Positions 38,765 through 51,949 of a stretch of DNA of 64,000 bases are shown here, piece by piece. This DNA comes from Phoronis australis. Taxonomy: Eukaryota > Animalia > Phoronida. The notes beneath the pieces are model-generated. The model ran no database searches, had not been told where the DNA came from, and saw only the letters and a list, made by a program, of their open reading frames with translations. The DNA is taken from assembly GCA_002633005.1 (NCBI GenBank), contig NMRA01000899.1, forward strand, positions 1 through 64,000, in the 5' to 3' direction. Positions within the stretch are counted from its first letter, which is position 1. Every line of letters starts with the position of its first letter. Position numbers and translations under genes: made by a program.

Positions 38765-38932
38765 CAGTGGCGGATTTAGAGAGGGGGCCAAGGGCGCCAT
38801 GCCCCCCCCCCCCCTAAAATTCTCCAAGATTCCGTTGGGCAGTTCGGGGGTGCCAATGTCTGACAGGCAAAATCCTGGCTAATACTCTGCCCTGCCCCCC
38901 CTCCCCAACTCAAAATGCTGGATCCGCCCATG
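38765..38932. mobile_element. Short MITE with 5-bp TSD
   Basis: cagtggcggattt...ggatccgcccatg flanked by tgaat on both sides. Confidence 0.8.
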
Positions 38933-40331
38933 TGAATAGTATTGTATTGGCCGGTTCCCTCCCATTCATTTTAGGTACGGAAGGGAATCCCCCGCCCGTC
39001 TGATATTCGGGGTCTCTTCAACAGACTGCTGGTCAGGTTATTTGTCTTGCGAGTCAGCGTCCAGTTTAATTGTTGAAGCCACCCATAACAATTTCAAGTA
39101 GTACGGATTACAACGGGTCTACATAGATGGCATTACACAATGTCACAAACATCTCAGCAACGGCGGGTAAGATAAGACGTAGCGCCTCAACATTAACTTA
39201 ACAGACACTGGTTTCAGATACCTGTGATGTCAAGAAGAAAGCCCAAGCCTGGGTGTGAATTGTACAGCCGTGCCAAACATGCTAAGGTTCACTCAAATGT
39301 TCACGAGTTAATAACAGGATACGTTCAGATACGGTTTCCAAACAACTCTCTCGACAGAGTGTATTGACACACACCTGTAATCTCCATGATTTACCGTCTT
39401 GAAATGGCTCACCTGTGAATATCAATGCAGCCCTGGTTCTTTTAATTGAGGGTCCAGGCACGATCATTGCCTCTGGCTCTCAAGTAAGTCGACTGCTACG
39501 AAATCGGACAGTTTTCATTTCGTGGGTCGGTTTTCAAGTACCTGGTGTAGTTAGGAACAGGCTAGACGACTTGCACCTCGCCAGAGTGCGTCATTTGACC
39601 TCTAAGCTTGTGTTCAGTTATTACCCTGTTTGTGTGCACTTTCAAGCGCGTCATTGACAAACACAATAGAAGAGGGTGTGCCGAAATACTCAACTAATCG
39701 GAGTCACATGGACAAATCGGTCCCACACGATTTGGTGGCTGCATATGAGCTAGTGTGTATATACGAAGTCGTGCACGAAAACCGTAGACAGTAGTCCACA
39801 AGTCGTGCACGATTGAGTCTGTTGGATTGTGCACTAGGAACTTTAGACTTGCGTATAGTAAGCCTACAATAAGATCACAGTACACTGTAGGCCCTATTTT
39901 GCAAAACTCAGCGGCAAATTTGACGTAGTGTTCTCTAGTCATCAGATTTATGGCTATGCTGAAGAATTTAAAGCCTAACTTCAACGGAATTTTGTTATTT
40001 TATAGATGTATAGGACTAACCAAATAGGCCTAGTCCTAGCAAAGCTTTAGTAAAGTAAGAAAACTTGAGTCTAATCACGCGAATGTAAGCCGCTCAAATA
40101 CTAAGTGAAGCTGCCTTTTTAGTCGTGCCATGTTGCGTCACAGCGTACGTGATCCCAGCGCAACTAGGGGTCTGAATAGAACAACATTGTGTGCGGTTGT
40201 TATTCGCAGCTGTTTGGAGTGAACGGGTCGTTCTCGCGGTGACGTGTACAAAAGCAAGCCAATACGCCTGACAGTTCGTTAAATTTGGCAATTTATGGTA
40301 CGTACTAGTGGGCTTAGAGCGATGCTCTTAA

Positions 40332-43300
40332 AGGAGAATGCCACCCGATTTAATTAGTCTTTTTTACCGTCTTAATCGGTCCATATCCACATCGCCTCTT
40401 ATACGGTCGACCTCACCTTGCCGAGAGGTGTCGCGTTAACCAGTGAGGAAGGTGAGAAACGACGCAGCGACGTCAGTGGTTCGTCTGCAGAGTGAATGCC
40501 GCTTGTGGTGCATCGTTCCCGCTTGTCCGAACTATGAAGCTGCGAAGAAAGCGGGTATATCGTTTTTTCGACTTCCTCAGTCGAGAGCCCGAAATGCTTA
40601 GGAAGTTGCTCGCGGTCGCCGTAGTGAAGAATGAAAGGTACGCTGTTAATAGCAAGTATGAGGCCGTAAAATATCTCCGTGTCTGTGGCCGGCATTTCGT
40701 CGACATTGATTTCTCTGACGAATTCCAGTTTACCAAAGAACTATCCATACGTTTCGTTGCCTGTGCATGTTCACGGCGCCTCTCTAGTATTTCTTGATCA
40801 GTGTATTCCGGTTTGAACTGATAGCATGTGAAACCTAACGATCCGACCCCTGAAGTCTTCGTCGGATGAGCTCTTGATTAAGTCGGTATTGGCGCTGGGC
40901 GAGTTGCCATGTAGACTTTTATTATTCTGCGTTCTGTTTCAAAATGAATTATTCTCATCCTAACCAAAGCTTATATGAAACTGAAACAAAGTCTGTTTCA
41001 TTAAATACAATTTGTAATGCGGCCTTGGAATGCTCGTGAGTGCAAATGTTTTGAGAAGCCAGCAATGAATAATTTGTTTTACCGGCTTTTGATGCCGGCA
41101 ACAAAGGCCGGGCACCGAGGCGTGTGCGCGCATGCTAATTCAGTGTTTGCTGACAGAAAGCTGTTTTGAAACAATTACTCCATTTTATATGCTATGGTCA
41201 CATGTTAGGGGAACCTTTTTTTAGAAATACAAATACATAATTCAAATCATTGTTACTGTACAACCTTTGTCCTGACGGTCTGTGGAAGGGGAACCCGACT
41301 TCGCGGCCCCCGACATAAGTAGATTTTCAGTTTCGTGGTTAATTCATAAAATAATTACGTACACATTATTTCATTGGCTCTGGCCGGGATAACGAGTCCG
41401 TCCGGCCCCGACGCCGGGCCTAGTCGGGTTCCGAGCCACTGGCCGGGATAACAAGCGTTTTGTGTGTTTAGAACTAAAAAAATCACAAGTATAAACAACA
41501 CAGATTTATGTTCTTCTGTCTGTATTTCACGGAAGAATTCTTCGAATTTATCCCCGAACAGACCCCAAACTCCTGCTACTGCGGACCTTGGGTAAATTGA
41601 CCTGCCGAACTTAGTAGGCTACAGTGTGTTCAAATAACACAATATCCGTAACAGTGTATTTTTAAGGGTTTTACATTGAAGTTTGATGATTTATTGGTGT
41701 TAAAAGATGAATTCCAGCGATAAGCTGACACCACTAACCCGTGTTTTGANNNNNNNNNNNNNNNNNNNNNNNNNNNNNNNNNNNNNNNNNNNNNNNNNNN
41801 NNNNNNNNNNNNNNNNNNNNNNNNNNNNNNNNNNNNNNNNNNNNNNNNNNNNNNNNNNNNNNNNNNNNNNNNNNNNNNNNNNNNNNNNNNNNNNNNNNNN
41901 NNNNNNNNNNNNNNNNNNNNNNNNNNNNNNNNNNNNNNNNNNNNNNNNNNNNNNNNNNNNNNNNNNNNNNNNNNNNNNNNNNNNNNNNNNNNNNNNNNNN
42001 NNNNNNNNNNNNNNNNNNNNNNNNNNNNNNNNNNNNNNNNNNNNNNNNNNNNNNNNNNNNNNNNNNNNNNNNCTACATTTCAATCTTGATTATACTGACA
42101 TCTGTTGGGTCTATCGGCAACTAACCGCACATGAAAGGCTTGGTCGAAAATTATCGTTTTCTCACATGCACTTTCGGGTTTTTAGCGGCGATTCCACTGA
42201 TCGAAGCGACAAAATAAGCCAAAACTTTGGCCATACCATGTTAAACATAAAATTTTTTCCAATTTTGCTGAAACTTGGCCACGTTTTTAACAAAATACTT
42301 ATCTATGTTATGTGCTATCGGCAAATGTGATTGATTCATAAATAAGACCCTCACGCTGTGTTTTCTGCGAATCCCAATGTATTCTGAAGGGGGCTAACTG
42401 AGTGATTTTCGCGCATGCGCAATTCACGGTTTCAATATTGCTGGTAATGAATTCCGGTTTACCAAAGAACTATCCATCCTACGTTCCGTTGCCTGTGCAT
42501 GTTCACAGCGCATCTCTAGTATTTCTTGATCAGTGTTTTCCGGTTTGAACTGATAGCCTGTGAAACCTAACGATCCGACCCATGAAGTCTTCGTCGGATG
42601 AGCTCTTGACTAAGTCGGCATTGGCGCCAGGCGAGTTGCCATGTAGACTTTTATTATTCTGCGTTCTGTTTCAAAATGAATTATTCTCATGTTAACCAAT
42701 GCTTATATGAAACTGAAACAAAGTCTGTTTCATTAGATACAATTTTTAATGCCTTGGAATGCTCGTGAGTGCAAATGTTTTGAGAAGCCAGCAAGGAATA
42801 ATTTGTTTTACCGGCTTTTGATGGCGTTAACAAGGTAATTGGCCGGGCACCGAGGCCGTGTGCGCGCATGATAATTCAGTGTTTGCTGACAGAAAGCTGT
42901 TTTGAAACAATTACTCCATTTTATATGCTATGGTCACATGTTAGGGGAATCTTTATTTAGAAATACATTACATTATTCAAATCATTGTCACTGTACAACC
43001 TTTTTCCTGACGGTCTGTGGAAGGGGAACCCGACTTCGCGGCCCCCGACGTAAGTAGATTTTCAGTTTCGTGGCTAATTCATATAAATAATTACGTACAC
43101 ATTATTTCTCACTATTATAGTCGCTTCGTGACTGGAGGCTTAGTTCCCAACTCAAGCTGGTTTATGTTCGTGTCAGTCCCGGCGGCTGCGATTCTCCAGA
43201 TCGGGTTCCTAGCCACTGGCCTGGATAACAAGCGTTTTGTGTGTTTAGAACTAAAAAAAAATCACAAGTATAAACAACACAGACTTAGGTTCTTCTGTCT

Positions 43301-43722
43301 GTATTTCACGGAAGAATACTTCGAATTTATCTCCGAACAGACCCCAAATTCCTGCTACGGACCTTGGTAAATTGGCCTGCCGAACTTAGTAGGCTACGGT
43401 GTGTTCAAATAACACTAAATCCGTAACAGTGAAATAAAACAACACATTTTAATGAGAACTTGGTGTATTTTTAAAGGTTTTACATCCAAGTTTGATGATT
43501 TATTGGTGTTAAACGATGAATTCCAGCGATAAGCTGACACCACTAACCCGTGTTGTGAATTGCTGAACCGACTGCGTGTGAAACCAATTACGTCATTGGA
43601 TAATTTCAACACCTCCGTCTGCCATCAGGTGTCAGGTAACACAACCGAACGTGCCGTTATTGAGTAGAACTACTCGATCTAAATTGATACAAAATTGTTT
43701 GTTTTTTGGGTGATATTCTCCT
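40332..43722 (+). mobile_element. Kolobok-like THAP element, copy 2/3 (internal part duplicated across gap)
   Basis: TTAA|aggagaatgccaccc at the left end and gggtgatattctcct|TTAA at the right end. Colinear with 27754-29425. Frameshifted THAP: CIVPACPN...SFFRLP...RVCGRHF. Confidence 0.8.
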
Positions 43723-44253
43723 TTAACATACTGTAGGAAGCAAATTTTCAGGTGTTACCGCTGCCAGACTTTAAAAGAACGTGGTTTATTTTTTCACAGA
43801 TGAGCAAATTTCCTTTGAAGGTTTTGAAGCCCGGATGTACTTAAGGAGTTCATTGGACCTTCGGTCGGCCGAGAGTCGTAATTCTTTGACGAAAGAGCCG
43901 CGCGCTCCGATCCGGCTTTGACGACGTATCTCTTTTCCGAAAATGTTCACCTTATGCCTTTCCGTCTACGAGTTTCCCTGTTAACATAATGCATGCGTTT
44001 CCGGCTATTACTTGTTTTTACAACTATCGAAGAACAGCCGGTCTGCCAAAATGAATGAATAATACTCCTGGTATGCGTGATTGTCACGAATCAGTGTTGG
44101 ATCTACGGGGGGATCAGGGTGTTTAACACCCCTCTCTTGGGACAGGATCTGAAAACAATAAATGTCGTCGGCAAAACGAAAACGATTTTTAGGTAACTAG
44201 CGTCTTTACTCTAACATATGTTTTGATATGATTAGGGAAAATGCTGTGGTAAA

Positions 44254-44407
44254 CAGTGGCGGATTTAGAAGGGGCCATGGTCCCCCTAAAATTCTCCTAG
44301 ATTCCATTTGGCAATACAGGGGTGCGAATGTCTGTCGGGCAAAATCCTGGCTAATACTCTGCCCTGGCCCCCCCTCCCCCTAACTCAAATTCCTGGATCC
44401 GCCAATG
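44254..44407. mobile_element. Short MITE with 5-bp TSD
   Basis: cagtggcggattt...ggatccgccaatg flanked by gtaaa on both sides. Same family as 38765. Confidence 0.8.
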
Positions 44408-47400
44408 GTAAAGCAACCTCTTCAGGTGAATCGACGCGTAATGTTTTAATGTCGTCTGTAATTCCTTGTCATGGTATTACACCTCCACACGTTTGGAACT
44501 TGAATTTGACTGGTGTATGATAAAGATATCTTCTGTAATAAACATACATCAGTGTGTTTATTTTAAAAAACGAACAACTCGAAGAATAATTTGGCCCTTG
44601 TAAGGGCCGTTGTGAAGGGTGTTGCGGTTTTTGTCGCGAGTCCGTTTGAAGATACTCCCTAGCAACTTAGGCCTATGCAAGGAATGAACCCGGGAGGCAC
44701 TCAAATTGTGAAGGTGACCACATTAATTTGCCAACAGTGTCATAGTACCGGATATTACGTGTAGGCTGTCGGCAAGTCTTGTGGGCCGGGTTCGCACGCT
44801 GTTCAATAGGCCTCCAAAATATTCGTTTCAGGCCCGTAAAAGGAATCCTGCTTCCTACCTCAGCACTGGCCGTCTTTCTACTGGTAATAAGCATCACTGC
44901 CAAGAATTTCCACAGAAATACACACCCAATGAAACGCCTATGCCATGGACGTGTATTTGCTGTTACAGTAGGCCTAACGGGTTTCAAGTGTTAAGACACT
45001 GGTGGAACGTTTATTCGGAAAAGTATATCTGAGTTGACTCAGTGTCAAGTTGTTACAAATTGAGTTTTGTGGAATGTATATCATTTGTTACTAAAAGTGC
45101 AATCTTGGCGAATTAGGTATTTATAGCTTGAATACAAAAAACACAGTTTTATGCAAAAAGCGCTGACTTTTTCATAGCAGCTTTCCGTTCACACGCCCCT
45201 CCTCCCCCCACTTTCCAAAAAAAAAAAAACGTGCGGGCGTTTGCCTGGAAGTATAATTCTCCAAATTCACACCCACGGGCTCATCTGCAGAAATCCCGGT
45301 AGAGTGTATGTGCGCCAAGTTTTGTGAATGAGCATCAGGAAGATGCATATAATACACGCAGGAGCAACCACTGAGGATCAAAAAGTGTCAAGGGGGCCGC
45401 GGCAGATTCCAATCTAGTGGTCAGTTGATATTGCCTCCCATTGTAGTTTACGGAAACCGCACATTATCCATGGAAGCACCAAGCCTAAAAAATGGAAGGC
45501 TTTAACTTTTGAGACTGTGGACCTTTTACTAAGGTTCACGGGGCACGTTCAGAGCTATGAATTCTACATTCGCCGAAGTTTGGTAGTTCTTACCTTTCAG
45601 TGGATTTTTGTCTCGTTTCCTACTTTTCTCGGAGTTTTTGTTTCTCTGAGGGGGACCTTTAGGCCCACTTCACCAAGCTCCCCTCCCCCTCCGCCCAGCC
45701 GGTGCGCGCATGTAATCGTAGGTATTGCTGGAGTCGTGCGGATGGGTGCTGTGCTTCTTGACGAGTTCTCCATGAGTACTTTTATAGTTTGATCCGCGAC
45801 AGATTTGCTTTTTGCAAAGCCATAACATACATTATAGTTCTGTTTAAAACGGTGTGTAAAATTATTTACCTCACACTCAGTGCCTTTGTCCCGCGACAGA
45901 TCGACTATTTCTGTAGATATGTGTGTAGATACTGACTTTCAGTGTACATATCTAGCCCCTCGGCGAACTGGTCTTGTATAATTTTTTTCACCACAGTGTA
46001 CAGTATGTTTTGGTTCCTTGAAAATGTTTTCAGGTGATTTGTTTCCGGATATATTTGATGTTTTTCAATTGTTGCAACATACGGTAGCCTAAACAACAGC
46101 CATGATTCAGCTTAATAAACTGATATTTAAGTGCTTGGCGCTTTTAATAATAGACTATGCGCTGAGATCTCCATCGTTCTTCAGTTTTCTCGTGACAAGA
46201 CACAACATCTGCTGTCACGCGATCGTCTGATATTCAAGTGTTGTTTCTTACGTGGCCGTCGGTGCTCCTTATGCTCTTGAACATTTGGTAATCATTGTCT
46301 AAACCCTTGTATACATACTACACTTTTTCGTATACGACTTTTCTTGTGCTAAAAATCGGTGTGTGTAGACAGATGTTCCAATTAAAATTTTGCTGCGTGA
46401 TGTGCACAAATATTAGTTCGGACCTTGTGAGCCATGTTCAAGAGGCGAAATAGAGAAGGGTTTTAAATCATCTTAAGGCAAACTCCAGACACGTTAACTG
46501 CCACAAACTCGCCAGGATGCATGGAAATTGCACAATTTGGCTACAATAACAAAAAATCTCTTACACGCAAACCATATAAAGCGCCGTATACGGTGGCTGA
46601 TGCGACTGATTAAACCGATCCATGAGTTCAGTGGTCTCATATGCAATTCAAATGTTAGACAAACTCACTGCTAAAGATATATTCGGACACATCGGTGCAA
46701 ACAGAACTTGACCGATCGGTGGCCGGGGTGATTTTCATGTTGTCAAGCCGCGACGCGTCACTGAGTTAGAAATGTGTAGGCCTGGGTGCTGACCAGAAAT
46801 CAATTGAAGCAAATGACATGCTGACTTCATGAATTTTCAATTTCTCAATCGCCCACATAACCAAAAAGCAACACGTGGTATGGAGCACATACAGGTTGTC
46901 CCAAAACGTCACATGCCAATAATTGTGTTATTGACACAGGCACATCTTACTAGTTTGAATTTACAAAAAGGTGATCCTGTTTAGCTGGCTAAAGAAGAAA
47001 GTCGAATAACGATCTTACTTTTATAAAGATCGGTCTCATAACACTCCTTACCGTGATTCGTTGCAACTTTTGTCTAAACTTTTCTACTAAAGAGTGTGAA
47101 CATAATTAGACGACGGTTTTTGCAGTATTCGCAGCATTTGTCGATTACTTCTTGTTGCTTTGTGGCCGGGTGAGAAGCTTTACTTCATCATCAATATTAC
47201 TGCAGAGATTATTTAAAAATCCATCGGCTTTAGTGAAGTTTTAACTTGAGTTGCTCCCATCACAATTTAAAATATTATAATCGACATGTTCACTAAGCGC
47301 GCATGTACCTCTGTGACGTCAGTGAGCTCGCCTCCAACAGTAGCATTCAGCTGAAACTTGTTTGATTACACTGAACTGCATTACTCCTCGCTCGATACTA

Positions 47401-48378
47401 AAATCCTGCTTGGCTAACCAGGCAGCAGTGCGTAACTATAGGCCTATACTGAAACGATGGAGTTGAACCTAATGACAGTTTTTTGTACGAAAAGATCGAG
47501 TTCGTGAGTGCGGAACGGTGTGTATGGCCGTGAACTCAAGTTGCTAGGCTAATTCAAGGCATTTTTCGAGTGAAGCGTGGAGTCAAAGACGGCGCTACGT
47601 ACCGGGGAGGTTGAGTTCAGGGGGTTTTAATCCACACCTGTGGCTCTGGAACCGAATTAAAAAAGCGCCAGGTAGCAAACGAAAGCAGCAACAAAAACCA
47701 AAAAAATCTTACTAGGCAGGGGGAACACCCTCCCCAGTGGCGGATTTAGAGGGGGGCCATGCCCCCCTAAAATTCTACCAGATACCATTTGGCAGTTCGG
47801 GTGCGAATTGCTGACTAGCACATGCGCGCAACCAGGGNGCTCGATCGGGGGAGGCGGCTGCGTTGCTCTATATTTGGAATGTGCGGCGACAACCCGCTTC
47901 CCAGGAGCAATGACGATCCACGGATAACATCCCATGTCCACAGGCGGTCGGCCAGGTGCTGCCGGTGCCAGGGGTGTTTGTTGACGCAATGACTCCGTCA
48001 TCAATCGATAGCCGCATCACAGCAGTATTTACATTCGAATAGATTCAATTAAAAAAGAAATAATCTTCTTTAAGTTATTATTTGGAGAATTGTAGAAATT
48101 ATGCAATACCTTCCGAGTAAATTGGTTGAAACAAAGAAGCTAATAGTCCAATAATTAACTTGCCAACCTTTACTTTTGGCGGACTCGAATCGCGCATGAA
48201 TACAAAACAGTAGGACTATTTGTCTAGGTCGCCATTTTTGTTATGGTATCGAAAGTGTAACACGAAACAAGGAAAAGACTGTTAAACGGAGCATTTCTGG
48301 GAACAGATTTCTCTGTCCTGTTATTTTTCGCAATTTTGCTAACTTAAACTTTTGAATAAGCTTGAGTCAGAAGTAATT

Positions 48379-48474
48379 ATGAGGGGAAAAATGACAAAAC
48401 AGAGCGAAAAGGAGTATAGGTGTTGTTGCTGTCATGTTCGAACTGGAACGACAATTCTTGGCTGTTTGCAAATG
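48379..48474 (+). CDS. LAPTM4: Lysosomal-associated transmembrane protein 4-like, exon 1
   Basis: MRGKMTKQSEKEYRCCCCHVRTGTTILGCLQM|gtaagg contains the CCxCHVRTG hallmark of LAPTM4A/B. Confidence 0.9.
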
Positions 48475-48828
48475 GTAAGGTCTCTTCCAAGCTCACTACC
48501 GCTATTGTATAAGTAACCTTCTGTTTGACTGCAATGTTGTTCAGTCTTAATCTCATTGATGGAACAAGGACGACTCGATTGAATATTCAAGCGGGCAAAA
48601 TACCTCAATTAAGTAGGCCTATCTAACAAGCAATATGTTTTTGATGGTTTAGTCAATGTCAGAGATAATTTGTCGCATATTGCGACTCTTGGCCTATTGG
48701 ATGACTATCATCCGTGCCAGATGTGCTGGCTCAGTTCAGATGATAATGTCTAAGATGTACCTAAGCTTCTCGCGAGGTGATACGGAAAATTAGGCCTCCC
48801 AACTCAAACATAATTCACCCTTTCTTAA

Positions 48829-50674
48829 AGACATAGTTTCACACCAGAACAACTGCTTTTCAACTCAAAGAATGGCATTGCAGGAGCCCGTAACTTGAAC
48901 TAGTTACTGTCCGCACAGCTTGATTAATTAGATAAGCCCAGCAGTAATGACCTTCTCAGACTTCAGCCGAGTCAATTTTGAAAACAGACTAGGCGGTTAC
49001 ATAAGCGTCTGTGATGTTGAGTCCGGAAGACAACTGTGTCGTAGGAATGACCTCAGCTGGTAAACCGCAGTCACACAAGGCAGAAACCAACATTGATTAC
49101 GAAAGCTTTAGCGACGAGTCTTCCAACGACGAGGAAATTTTACAAAATCTTTTGTAACGATGAAGCGTCGGACACAGACAATATGCACAACGACCATCGT
49201 GAGCGTGTTCTTGACAACATAAACGGGCACTGAAGGTTCGAACCAGTGCCTGCAAGTGTCCCGGTCGCTTTGGATGAGAGACAGCGGCGCATCCCGAAGA
49301 CAGGCACAACTTCAGACGTTTTATCATGTTAGGTGGAAAACAAAAACAATGCCGCGAGTTTGAATGCGAATATGTTTATTTTCGATTTATTTATAATACT
49401 TCAAGTTAAATAAAAAGCAATTTCAAACATCGGGACTGGTAGACGGATAAACTGCGATATGCAAGACTATTTGCCGTTTTGTCCTATGTTTCTTGATTTG
49501 CGTAGGTTGAAAGCAAGGTGGGATAAGTTTTGTTGTAGGTTATGGATTGCAATTTGTATTTTATAACAAAAGCTTATTTTTGATTTTATATCTATTTTAA
49601 GTAATTACTGAACAGAGAGGGGGTCGAAACCATTAAAAGTCACCCGCACTCGAATTAATTTAATCCCCATAATGTTTATTTAAATGCAAAAATACGACAG
49701 GTAAGTAGCATTCAAGCAACTACACACAATTATGTTGCAAAAATCGTAATTCAAAAGAAAAGCGGCTTCCGACAGTGTCCTTCGATGTTATACGCCACTA
49801 GTAATGTTGTTCGCTTACTAGTGTGGCCCAAGGCCTACTAGCTTCCGCAAAGCGACAGCATGTACAGTTTTGAATATTACCTAAAATTTCACTTACCTTG
49901 GTTTCCAACCATACTGCGATTGCAGGCTGTCGATCTCGAAACAGTCTGCAGAAAAATGTTTACTCCATATCACCGAATACGGCGACGCTCCACTAAATTT
50001 TCTCGTGGACCTCACGAAGTCTTCCCAGTTGCGACGCAGTCTGGGGGTTAGTGGGAAACCTATGTAATGACACCCCAGGCACAGACCCTGACACATTGTC
50101 ACAGCCTCCAATAACACAACAGTCCGGCATTGTTCTTCAAATTTTTAATCGAGTTGAAGTATAAAAATGTGTTTAATGTCGAAATAAGTATTGCAATTGG
50201 CACACAACATCAGTGATACGTCGTGCGTAGACAGACAGTGCGAAAGACGTGCGGCTGTACTCGAACACTTTATTGAGGACTCATTGCTAACTACTGTGAA
50301 ATGTTTATGGCAACGCACATGACCATGCCCATATGTGTCACATTTCAGAGAATTAATTGGCAAAAGTTGCATAATAAACCCATTCTAACAAACAGAAAGC
50401 TTCCATTTGTGCCAGATAGTCCCAGTACAAACCTATGGACAGACTCGGCAGTGATCGGGTCCGCTTCCGGACGTGACGTGTTTCCGAAGATAGCCGAAGT
50501 TGAAAATTTTCTGTTCTCGAAATTTTGTGGGGAAGTGGGAGCGTGTTTTAAACGAATAATAGAAGAATATGGGGTGTGAAATATAAAGAAATGTGGTTTA
50601 TAAGCAAACTTTATTAACAGTCAACACATGTGTATACATATTAACTACAAATAAATAGCTGTGAATCGACCTCT
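48829..50674 (-). mobile_element. Second Kolobok-like family with decayed THAP exon (in LAPTM4 intron 1)
   Basis: TTAA flanks with degenerate TIRs (agacatagtttcac / gtgaatcgacctct). Minus strand 50130-49897 reads MPDCCVIGGC...LHRFPTNP/RLRRNW...IWSKHFSADCF, ending in a gtaagt donor, with one frameshift. Confidence 0.65.
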
Positions 50675-51210
50675 TTAAGTAGTGTGCTTTTCAGGTCTCA
50701 AAAGTCTCATTTCAAATTTGCACAGCCAACAAACTTGTCACCAAATGTTAGTAATAAAATCATCAACACCAGATGTCACTATCTATTCCAGTATAGCGTT
50801 ATGATAATTCCCATCCTACTTAGATTCGAATGTTTTTTTGTTTCCCTCCAACACCAAGGATACCATTAATGGTGAGGTGCATCACACACTTACCTAAATT
50901 CTAAATCCTCTGAGGGCAGGTGTGGTGTAACCGGGTTAATGTAGTGTCCAAGAGTAAACACTTCAAGACAGTGAGAAGGCTATTTATTTATTTAAATGTC
51001 CTTTGTGGTCTTACCGGCATGACTTATTTTTAATGTTGCAACTTTAGTTTGTCAGCTGCCTATGTGCTGAGGGCTATTGATTTTGGGCAACATTTTTTTT
51101 CTTTTAAAACTGATCTCCATTGATTTGCAGTGTCTTGTGTTGACTGTTGTGTTTGAGATATGTGAACACGTTTGGTGATTTGCTGACGTTTTCTCACCAT
51201 TGCTTTCCAG

Positions 51211-51433
51211 ATTGCCTGTCTGTTCAGCCTCCTGGCGCTGTCATTTGCTTTTTTCTACCCGGACTTGATCAACACACAGAAAAACAGCAACCTCAGTGAC
51301 TTTCTGGGTGATGTAAAGCAGCAGAATTCATGGTTTGAAGTGTCACCAACAGAGGGGGCAGAGGATGTTCAGTCCGATTATTCGTCGTACAGTTCGTGGA
51401 ACTGGGCAGTCAATAGCAACACTTCTAGTTACG
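51211..51433 (+). CDS. LAPTM4: LAPTM4-like exon 2
   Basis: tttccag|ATT...G|gtactt. Encodes the end of TM1 (IACLFSLLALSFAFFYP) and a long luminal loop. Phases fit neighbouring exons. Confidence 0.8.
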
Positions 51434-51872
51434 GTACTTACATGAACACTTGCTCTTAGAAACTATACTGCAAAATTACCGAGAATTTATCATGATGCCG
51501 AAGTGTAAACGTAGTTCTGCGATATAATGGCCGAGTGCAAGTACAAATGGGTGTTGTTATACTTATGGTGTGATGGATCATTGTTATGATGAGGGGATGT
51601 GGGGGGGTTTGCCTGTTTGTTTTTGGCGCTTGGGGTAATGCTCACATTCAGCTTAAGACTGACATCCAAATTCTAAGAAACTCCGTTCAAGCCATCATGT
51701 ACTAATGTCCATAATTATAGTGCTCTATTCGGCAGGACCCAACCTTGTCGATTGTGATCTGTCAAATGACAGTGCTGTCCAAACTTGTTTAGGGTTAAAC
51801 CAACTTCCATTTTTTCCACTCTAACACTCTGTCTTGTTCACTGAAGCATGACTTGTTTTGTTATTTTTGCAG

Positions 51873-51949
51873 AAAGTCTATGCTTTGCTCTCTTTGTAAC
51901 TTTGTTGATGTTGATATCGGCCATGATGATGATCTATGGCGTAATGAAG
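51873..51949 (+). CDS. LAPTM4: LAPTM4-like exon 3
   Basis: tttgcag|AA...AAG|gtaagc. Encodes SLCFALFVTLLMLISAMMMIYGVMK (TM2, YG motif). Confidence 0.88.
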
